Positions 1 through 7,514 of a stretch of 31,346 nt of DNA are shown piece after piece. The DNA lies in assembly GCA_046543235.1 (NCBI GenBank), contig JBKGZT010000008.1, forward strand, positions 1 through 31,346. Reading direction: 5' to 3'. The stretch is from Candidatus Acetothermia bacterium. Lineage in GTDB: Bacteria > Bipolaricaulota > Bipolaricaulia > M55B111. How positions within the stretch are numbered: the first letter of the stretch is position 1; every line of letters starts with the position of its first letter. The notes under the pieces were generated by a model. It did no database searches and was not told the origin of the DNA. It saw only the letters and a program-made list of their open reading frames with translations. The position numbers were made by a program, and so were the translations under genes.

Positions 1-1448
1 ACTTCCTCCACGTCCAGAGCGTCGACGAGAGAAGCGCCCTGCCTGGATGCAATTTCGATCAATCTTTCCACCAGAGGCTCCGTAAAAGGCGTCACCAAAT
101 CGGGCTCCACCCAGCGGGACAGTCTGCCGATCTCGCGCTCTTTTAGTTCCTCCAGCTGGGCAGAAGCGAACCTTCTGAGTTCGATCTGCACCTCTTCCGA
201 TCCGAGGGCCTCCAGGAGGTATCCGCTAACAGCGTTCACGAGGGCTTCCCTTTCATCGCTCTCGTTCAGCTCCACCAGTTCGTCCAGCCTTTTACCTTCC
301 GAACTCTCCAGCGCCTTCGTCAGCCCCTGAAAAACAAAGGACCTTATCCTCTTGCTCCTGATAACCGCTACGGATAAATCCGTAAGGGCCGAAGCTGCTT
401 TATCCAGTCCCTGCTGGGAGGGAATAAGTTCCGAAACGTCCCTTCCCAGAAAACGTTCAAGAGCCTCAGTACCCGATTCAGCCGCGGCTTCTCGGAATTT
501 TTCTTGTTCCATCAGCTCGATCAATCTGGGGATTCCTTCATCAATCAGGTTTTCGACTTCCCCCTCGAGCCTACTCCGGGGCATGACCAGCGTTTCCAGA
601 AAACCCCGTTTAACCTGGTCCCAGATAGAATCATCGTCGAACTCACCCTCGATCCGTTCATCGAGCAGGTTCACCATGATCTCTTTCAAACGCGCTCGCA
701 GGTGTGGTCGATCCAGCAGCTCCGCTCCTTTCCGCAGGAGGAAGGGAACGTTCTCTTCGACCTGCCGGAACAGCGTTGACTTCAGGCTTTCTCCGAGATA
801 GTCATCAAGCTTTCCACCTTCCTCCCTCAAACCCCGGAGCTCCTCACGCCAGAAATCTTCTATCAGTGCCCTCGTCTCGTCCCGGTCCGTTAGCTCCGAG
901 GAGATCTCTTCCAGCGTCACCCTGATCTCTTCATAGGACCAGTCCTCCGCCAGTTCTCCTAGCTCCTTGCTCGACAGGTGGTCCACCCCCCTCTCGACGA
1001 ACCCCCTGAGGAAAACCTCCGTTTCCCGGCTCTCCAGAAGTCGACCGAGCCATTCCCGTATTTTTCCGGCCAGAGCGTCAAAACCCCTATCGATTTCGGG
1101 TTCGGAACCTTCAGGCAGAATCTCCTTCAGTGAACCCCGATCCCGTTCAAGGAACTCCACCACCCAATCCTGCAGGGTATTCTCGAGCTGTTTCCTGACC
1201 GCCGGCGCCTTTAACCTCTCTTCAAGCGCCTCCGGAGTCAACAGGTGTTCGCCGACAGCCTGTCCGATGTTCTTCGCTATCTCCTCCCTTCTCTTCGGTA
1301 TTAAGCCAGGGGTAAAGGGAATTTTATAGCCGAAAACCCGCTTTTCTTCCAGAGGCCTAAACAGCATGCGAATGGCGAGCCAGTTAGTGGAATAACCAAT
1401 AAGGCTGGCCACGATTGGCAGGGCAAAAAGGTAATAGTCGAAGTTCAT
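1..1448 (-). CDS. DUF445 (YheB-like) membrane-anchored protein, 3'-partial (runs off the window), >482 aa
   Basis: Not in the ORF track because there is no stop codon in the window. Translated by hand from ATG at 1448: MNFDYYLFALPIVASLIGYSTNWLAIRMLFRPLEEKRVFGYKIPFTPGLIPKRREEIAKNIGQAVGEHLLT..., which matches the DUF445 N-terminal signature (IGYxTNWLAIRMLFRP...GLIPKRR). The frame is stop-free to position 3 (...SLVDALDVEE). SD-like GGTGGT lies upstream. Confidence 0.9.
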   Translation of the reverse strand, partial: MNFDYYLFALPIVASLIGYSTNWLAIRMLFRPLEEKRVFGYKIPFTPGLIPKRREEIAKNIGQAVGEHLLTPEALEERLKAPAVRKQLENTLQDWVVEFLERDRGSLKEILPEGSEPEIDRGFDALAGKIREWLGRLLESRETEVFLRGFVERGVDHLSSKELGELAEDWSYEEIRVTLEEISSELTDRDETRALIEDFWREELRGLREEGGKLDDYLGESLKSTLFRQVEENVPFLLRKGAELLDRPHLRARLKEIMVNLLDERIEGEFDDDSIWDQVKRGFLETLVMPRSRLEGEVENLIDEGIPRLIELMEQEKFREAAAESGTEALERFLGRDVSELIPSQQGLDKAASALTDLSVAVIRSKRIRSFVFQGLTKALESSEGKRLDELVELNESDEREALVNAVSGYLLEALGSEEVQIELRRFASAQLEELKEREIGRLSRWVEPDLVTPFTEPLVERLIEIASRQGASLVDALDVEE

Positions 1449-1660
1449 TTCTCTGTTACCACCAGCTTTTACCTTCCCGTAATCGGATGGGAAGGTCTGA
1501 GGAACTATCTTTGCTAAGCACGCAAGATCGGAAATACAAGAGATTATCTCTCCTATCAGGAGATACCATTTCAAATAGACCGGGTTACCTTTATAATAAC
1601 TCCTGACGTTATATAAAGTTTAAATTGACTTCGGCCTTTATCAATGTTTTACCGAACCGT

Positions 1661-1688
1661 TTGCGAAAAGAGGCCTGAGCTGTACAAT
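1661..1688 (+). promoter_or_regulatory. Possible sigma70-type promoter for the acetate operon
   Basis: TTGCGA-N16-TACAAT in the AT-rich divergent intergenic region. Motif match only. Confidence 0.3.
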
Positions 1689-1915
1689 TTACTGGATGAT
1701 TTTTCAATTCCTGCACTAACCTTTACAGGGTGTGATCATGAATATTTGCTGTAATTCGTCGACCGAAAATTGCAGCCATTACACCATTCCAGCGACCGCG
1801 CCTGAGAAACAAATATTCGGTCCAACTCTATCGGATACCGCAGGTAGCCACTTATTACCCGGATTACCTGAATACAATTATTCTCTAGTTTACTAAATAT
1901 AGAGGAGGGTGGATA

Positions 1916-4594
1916 ATGCCAGCTGAAAAACTGGATAACATATTTAAGCCGGAGTCGCTGGCCATAATAGGAGCAAGCGAGAAGGAAGGTTCCGTCGGAG
2001 CGACTCTAATGCAGAATATCGTCGAGGGGTTCGAAGGGGATATCTATCCCGTCAATATAAACAGAGAAGAGGTAATGAACATCCAGGCGTTTTCGAGCGT
2101 GGGGGAAATAGACGAAGAGGTCGACCTGGCTCTGATAGCCACGCCGGCAAAAACCGTGCCCGGCATCGTGGACGAGTGCGGGGAGGCCGGGATAGAATCC
2201 GCAATAATAATTTCCGCGGGTTTTAGCGAAACGGGGAATAAAGGCAAGGAGCTAGAGAAACAGATTTCGGCCAACAGAAAGAAGCACGGGATGAGGATCC
2301 TCGGTCCCAATTGTCTGGGTACAATAAGACCCGGCCAGAATCTGAACATGACCTTCCTCCGCAAGGATCCCGCAACAGGAAAGGTCGCTTTCCTCTCCCA
2401 GAGCGGAGCCATGGGTTCGGCCATACTCGACTGGTCAACCCGGGCGAAGGTCGGCTTCAGCGCCTTTGTCTCCGTCGGGAACATGATGGATATAGATTTC
2501 GGCGACCTGATAGATTACTTTGGCCAGGACCCGAAGACTGACAGCATAATAATGTACATGGAGACAGTCAAGGACGCCGAAAAGTTCATGAGCGCGGCCA
2601 GAAGTTTCGCCCGAACAAAGCCGATACTGGTGATAAAGGCCGGTAAGTACTCGAAGAGCGCCGAAGCAGTGGCATCACACACTGGTTCACTTGCCGGCGA
2701 GGACCAGATATATGACGCTGCATTCAAGAGAGCCGGGGTAACCAGGGTTTCGGACGTGGACGATCTCTTCAGCAGTTCGGAGACGCTCAGCAAGCAGAAC
2801 TTACCGGACGGTCCAAAAATGGCAATCGTGACGAACGCCGGAGGACCGGGGATAATGACCACCGACGCCATCCTCGATGCCGGCGGGGAACTTGCCGACT
2901 TCTCGAGGAGCACGGAGGAGGAACTTTCCGAGTTCCTGCCGGAGGAAGCAAACGTGAAAAATCCCGTAGACGTCCTGGGTGATGCCGATACCTCCCGCTA
3001 CGAGCATTCCATCGAGGTCTGTGTCGAGGACGACGACGTCGACGGGGTAATAGTAATCTACGCCCCTCAGGGAAAAGCATCCGCAAAGGACGCAGCCCAA
3101 GCCGTAGCAAACGTATCAAAGAAAACCGACAAACCGATAGTTACCTCCTTCATGGGCGCCGGGGAGGTCGACGAAGGCCGGCAGATCCTGCGCTCGAACA
3201 ACGTGCCGACGAGACCCACCCCCGAACAGGCGATAAGCGCTTACATGTACATGCACCGGTACGCACGGAACCTCGAGCTCCTGTACGAAACACCTGAGGA
3301 ACTGCCCGTAAACAACCAGCCGCCGCACCACCACCTGAAAGCGATGGTCAGGAAAGTTCTCCGCTCGGATCGGATGACGCTGACGGAAGTGGAATCCAAG
3401 AAGTTTCTCGATACTTACGGCATACCTGTTTCAAACACGAAAGTAGCGGAATCACCCTCTCAGGCGGCAAACCTGGCCTACGAAATGGGTTATCCGGTGG
3501 TACTCAAAATCCATTCCTACGATATCACTCACAAGACCGACGTAGGCGGAGTGGAACTAAACCTGCAAAGCAAGGAGGAAGTAAAGGAAGCTTACGAGAG
3601 GATCGTTTCCCGGGCCAAGAACCACCGGCCTTCGGCGGAGATAAATGGGGTTTCCGTGCAGAAAATGGTCTCAAACGTCGATTACGAGCTTATTCTTGGC
3701 TCTAAAAAGGATCCACTTTTCGGATCCTCCATCCTGTTCGGCCGGGGGGGAACCGGAGTAGAGCTGTACAAGGATACCGCTGCCGGTTTTCCACCCCTCA
3801 ACCAGGTACTGGCCCATCGGTTGATGGAGGATACCAAGGTCTATCAGCTCCTTAAGGGTTACCGGGGGAAAGAAGGCGCGAACATCCGGGAACTGGAGAA
3901 ACAGCTGATAAGGTTTTCCCAGCTGATAATAGACTTTCCGGAAATCAAGGAAATCGACATAAACCCACTTGCCGTAATCGACGGCTCCTTCCGGGCTCTC
4001 GACGCAAGGATAATTCTGGACAAAGAGTACAAGGATAGAAAGGTCGACGAGTCCCGCGAACACCTGGCAATCGAACCCTACCCACGTAAATACGTGGAAG
4101 ACTGGCGCATGGACAACGGCCAGGAGGTGACACTCAGACCGATTAAGCCGGAGGACGAGCCACTCGAGTTCGAGCTCTTTGACTCCTTCTCCGAACAGAC
4201 CTGGAGACAGCGCTTCTTCGGCCCAAGGACGGAAATAACGCACGAGGAAATGACGCGCTACACCAACATCGACTACCGCCGAGAAATGGCAATAATCGGA
4301 CTGCTGGAGGAAAACGACAAAAAGAAAATGATAGGAGTGGGGAGGTTGATCATCGGCTCCGACCAGAACACCGGAGAATACGCCGTAGTGGTTGGAGATC
4401 CCTGGCAAAGACAGGGCCTGGGAGAGAAACTGACGGACTCCATCATCGGCGTTGCCGAAGACAAGAACCTGAAGAGCATATACGCGACGATCCTGAAAAG
4501 CAACAAACCAATGCTCCAGCTTGCCAGAAAGATGGGATTCCAGGAAACGGACAGGGATTCCGATACGGTCAAGATGGAGATGGAGCTCAGATAG
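1916..4594 (+). CDS. pat: ADP-forming acetate--CoA ligase-like (alpha+beta) domains fused to a C-terminal GNAT; Pat/PatZ-type protein lysine acetyltransferase architecture
   Basis: 892 aa. N-terminal CoA-binding fold (IIGAS...YPVN), LGPNCLG, SQSGA, SHTGSLAG, ATP-grasp part with HKTDVGGV and EIDINPL, C-terminal GNAT (RPIKPED, EYAVVV, WQRQGLG motif A). SD AGGAGGG upstream. Confidence 0.92.
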   Translation: MPAEKLDNIFKPESLAIIGASEKEGSVGATLMQNIVEGFEGDIYPVNINREEVMNIQAFSSVGEIDEEVDLALIATPAKTVPGIVDECGEAGIESAIIISAGFSETGNKGKELEKQISANRKKHGMRILGPNCLGTIRPGQNLNMTFLRKDPATGKVAFLSQSGAMGSAILDWSTRAKVGFSAFVSVGNMMDIDFGDLIDYFGQDPKTDSIIMYMETVKDAEKFMSAARSFARTKPILVIKAGKYSKSAEAVASHTGSLAGEDQIYDAAFKRAGVTRVSDVDDLFSSSETLSKQNLPDGPKMAIVTNAGGPGIMTTDAILDAGGELADFSRSTEEELSEFLPEEANVKNPVDVLGDADTSRYEHSIEVCVEDDDVDGVIVIYAPQGKASAKDAAQAVANVSKKTDKPIVTSFMGAGEVDEGRQILRSNNVPTRPTPEQAISAYMYMHRYARNLELLYETPEELPVNNQPPHHHLKAMVRKVLRSDRMTLTEVESKKFLDTYGIPVSNTKVAESPSQAANLAYEMGYPVVLKIHSYDITHKTDVGGVELNLQSKEEVKEAYERIVSRAKNHRPSAEINGVSVQKMVSNVDYELILGSKKDPLFGSSILFGRGGTGVELYKDTAAGFPPLNQVLAHRLMEDTKVYQLLKGYRGKEGANIRELEKQLIRFSQLIIDFPEIKEIDINPLAVIDGSFRALDARIILDKEYKDRKVDESREHLAIEPYPRKYVEDWRMDNGQEVTLRPIKPEDEPLEFELFDSFSEQTWRQRFFGPRTEITHEEMTRYTNIDYRREMAIIGLLEENDKKKMIGVGRLIIGSDQNTGEYAVVVGDPWQRQGLGEKLTDSIIGVAEDKNLKSIYATILKSNKPMLQLARKMGFQETDRDSDTVKMEMELR

Positions 4595-4762
4595 CTGGTA
4601 CCGGTTCAGAGTTTCGAACTAACTTGGTCCAACCAGCTGGAAGCTCTTATTTTGAACCTGGTTCTTTAGGTTCCAAAAGAAATATAAAAAAGTTAAAGGT
4701 AAAAGGGGGACGAAAAGTCACCCGGAGACAAGTTTTAATTACCAAAACAGGAGGGTAATAAA

Positions 4763-6727
4763 TTGACCGAACCAAAACAATGGGTCAAGGAAGACCCTGA
4801 AAGAGAGGACGTATTTTGGCCAACGGAAGAGATGAAGGAAAAGGCCTGGGTTTCCGACGAATCCATCTACGAAGAGGCCCTGGAGAATCCACAGGAGTTC
4901 TGGGCAGAGCACGCCGAGGAAGGGATAGACTGGTACGAGAAGTGGGACGAGACCTACGTAGAAGAACCCTACAACTACGAGTGGTTCAAGGGCGGCAAGC
5001 TCAACCTCACCTATAACGCCGTAGACAGGCACGTAGAAAACGGAGACGGCGACAAGAACGCGATAATCTGGGAACCGGAGCCCACCGACGAAGAGACGGT
5101 CAGAATGACCTACTCCGAACTCAAGGACGAGGTATCGAAGTTCGCCAACGTCCTCGAAGGCTTCGGAGTGGAAAAAGGCGACCGAGTGGGAATCTACATG
5201 CCGATGATTCCGGAAGCACTGATAGCAATGCTCGCCACCGCGAGAGTCGGCGCAGCCCACAGCGTCGTCTTTTCGGCCTTCAGTCCCGACTCACTAAAGG
5301 ATAGGCTGGAAGACGCCGACGCCAAAGTCCTCGTCACCGCCGACGGTTACTACAGGCGGGGCAAACCACTTAACCTGAAGAAGAACGCAAACAAGGGGCT
5401 GGAAGGATCTCCGGTAGAGGACGTGGTTACCGTAAAGCGCACCGGGGCGGACGTCGAGATGGAAGACGGTCGGGACCACTGGTACCACGAGCTGATGGAA
5501 GACGCGGATCCGGAACACGAGCCGGAAGTTATGAACAGCAGCGATCTCGCCTTCATCCTCTACACCAGCGGAACTACCGGTAAGCCAAAGGGAGTCATGC
5601 ATCACGTCGGTGGTTACGCCGTTCAGGCCTATCTGACCGCAAAGTGGAACTTCGATCTCCACGAGGACGACATATTCTGGTGTACTGCGGACGTTGGCTG
5701 GATTACCGGCCATACCTACATTAACTACGGACCTCTTCTCAACGGAGTAACCACAGTGGTCTACGAAGGTGCTCCGGATTATCCCGAGTACGATAGGCTC
5801 TGGCAGATAGTCGAGGACGAGGGAGTGACCGGCTTTTACACCGCTCCAACCGCGATAAGGATGTTTATCAAACAGGGAACCGAGTGGCCTGAAAAACACG
5901 ACCTCTCCAGCTTGAGGGTACTTGGAACGGTCGGTGAGCCGATCAACAAGGACGCCTGGCTCTGGTACTTCGAAAATATCGGCGACGGACGAACTCCGGT
6001 CATCGACACTTGGTGGCAAACCGAAACGGGGGCTAACGTAATAAACTCCTTACCGGGAATAGGCCCCTTCATCCCGACTTACGCCGGCAAGCCCTTTCCG
6101 GGTATCGACGCGGACCTGCTCGACACCGAGGGAAAACCGGTAGGGGTCGACGAGGGAGGCTATCTGACTCTGAAATCGCCCTTCCCGCCGAGTCTGATCA
6201 GGGGAGTCTACAAACGCCCCGAGAAGTTCAAGGACGAGTACTGGAGCGAGTACGGTCCTGACTACTACTTCACCAGCGACGGTGCAAGGAAGGACGAAAA
6301 CGGCAACATAAGGATCACCGGCAGGCTCGATGACGTGATGAACGTGGCCGGCCACAGGCTGGCAACCGGCGAGGTAGAGAACGCGCTGGGCAAACACGAA
6401 GCAGTAGCTGAGCCCGCCGTCGTATCACGTCCGGACGACGTGAAAGGCGAGGTACCCGTCGCGTTCGTCATGCTGGAAAAGGGTGCTGAAATCGACGAAG
6501 AGACCCTGCAGGAGGAACTCATACAGCTGGTTGACGACACGATAGGACCGACTGCGAGGCCGGCTGACATCATAATTGCGGACGAGGTACCGAAGACCAG
6601 ATCCGGCAAGATAATGAGGAGAATTCTGAAAAGCCTCGTCAGAGGCGAAGACGTCGGAGACCTGACTACCCTTAGGAACCCCGGTGCGGTCGAAGACCTC
6701 CAGCAGAAGCTCGAGGAAGAGGAATAG
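4763..6727 (+). CDS. acs: Acetyl-CoA synthetase (AMP-forming)
   Basis: 654 aa. YTSGTTGKPKG, ADVGWITGH, GEPIN, DTWWQTETG, GRLDDVMNVAGHR, PKTRSGKIMRR (acetylatable Lys616). TTG start behind SD AGGAGGG. Confidence 0.96.
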   Translation: MTEPKQWVKEDPEREDVFWPTEEMKEKAWVSDESIYEEALENPQEFWAEHAEEGIDWYEKWDETYVEEPYNYEWFKGGKLNLTYNAVDRHVENGDGDKNAIIWEPEPTDEETVRMTYSELKDEVSKFANVLEGFGVEKGDRVGIYMPMIPEALIAMLATARVGAAHSVVFSAFSPDSLKDRLEDADAKVLVTADGYYRRGKPLNLKKNANKGLEGSPVEDVVTVKRTGADVEMEDGRDHWYHELMEDADPEHEPEVMNSSDLAFILYTSGTTGKPKGVMHHVGGYAVQAYLTAKWNFDLHEDDIFWCTADVGWITGHTYINYGPLLNGVTTVVYEGAPDYPEYDRLWQIVEDEGVTGFYTAPTAIRMFIKQGTEWPEKHDLSSLRVLGTVGEPINKDAWLWYFENIGDGRTPVIDTWWQTETGANVINSLPGIGPFIPTYAGKPFPGIDADLLDTEGKPVGVDEGGYLTLKSPFPPSLIRGVYKRPEKFKDEYWSEYGPDYYFTSDGARKDENGNIRITGRLDDVMNVAGHRLATGEVENALGKHEAVAEPAVVSRPDDVKGEVPVAFVMLEKGAEIDEETLQEELIQLVDDTIGPTARPADIIIADEVPKTRSGKIMRRILKSLVRGEDVGDLTTLRNPGAVEDLQQKLEEEE

Positions 6728-6765
6728 GACTTCAGGTAAAATGCTCACTACCGGAGTGATCGAAC

Positions 6766-7332
6766 TTGGAAATTAACGAAGACGTAGCCAATCCCGCGCC
6801 GCTGGGCCTGGGAGGGTTCGCGCTCTCGACGTTTATCCTTAACCTGGTTAATTCCGGGCTCGTGGACGGTGCCTCCCTGGGCATAGTCATGCCCATGGCA
6901 ATTGCTTACGGAGGTCTCGCCCAGCTACTAGCCGGGATGTGGGAGTTCAGGCGTAACAACGTTTTTGGAGCTACGGCATTTTCATCATTCGGAGCTTTCT
7001 GGATTGGTCTCGCTACCTTTGAAATTCTTACCTGGGCGGGAATAATCTCCGAAGTCCCCAAGGAAGGAATCGCGATAGCACTGGTGGCCTGGGGTATTTT
7101 CACGTTCTACGCAACTATCGCATCCCTCAAGGAGCCCTGGGCAATTACGTGGATATTTATCACCCTGACGATACTATTCTTCTTGCTGGCTTGGGGTGAG
7201 TTTAACTCCACGGTCCATACTATTGCAGGCTACGAGGGGATCTTAGTTGCTTTGATAGCCTGGTATTCGTCCGCGGCAATACTGATCAATTCCATGTTCG
7301 GGCGGACGGTCCTTCCCATGGGAGAACGCTAA
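6766..7332 (+). CDS. satP: Acetate channel/permease, GPR1/FUN34/YaaH (SatP) family
   Basis: 188 aa, about six hydrophobic segments. Family signature ANPAPLGLGGF, YGGLAQ, FGATAFSSFGAFW. Adjacent to acs. Confidence 0.92.
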   Translation: MEINEDVANPAPLGLGGFALSTFILNLVNSGLVDGASLGIVMPMAIAYGGLAQLLAGMWEFRRNNVFGATAFSSFGAFWIGLATFEILTWAGIISEVPKEGIAIALVAWGIFTFYATIASLKEPWAITWIFITLTILFFLLAWGEFNSTVHTIAGYEGILVALIAWYSSAAILINSMFGRTVLPMGER

Positions 7333-7365
7333 AAGGAACGACACTTTTCATTTAGAGGATTACTC

Positions 7366-7413
7366 GACGGTCACGGGCTCCAACAGCGAACTCGTGGCCG
7401 TCTTCTTGATTTT
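7366..7413 (+). terminator. Probable intrinsic terminator of pat-acs-satP
   Basis: 12-bp stem GACGGTCACGGG (7366-7377) / CTCGTGGCCGTC (7391-7402). Its two G-U pairs form only on the + strand. Followed by TTCTTGATTTT. Confidence 0.6.
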
Positions 7414-7435
7414 ACTTCCCACCTTGGTCCATAAT
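7406..7435 (+). promoter_or_regulatory. Possible secA promoter
   Basis: TTGATT-N18-CATAAT, 80 nt upstream of the secA ATG. Motif match only. Confidence 0.3.
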
Positions 7436-7514
7436 TGGTTGGACAGTCAAAATCGTTTAATCAAGTCACCTATCCCGCAACGCCGTCGATAATTTACTTT
7501 ACGAGAGGATAACG

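Noticed and set aside
352-1329. Plus-strand ORFs 352-801, 504-779, 704-925 and 967-1329
   Set aside because: Shadows of the real minus-strand DUF445 gene; Ser/Arg/Pro-rich with no motifs.
1731-1746. TGTGA as a CRP-like site upstream of the acetate operon
   Set aside because: There is no TCACA-like second half-site at the 6-nt spacing.
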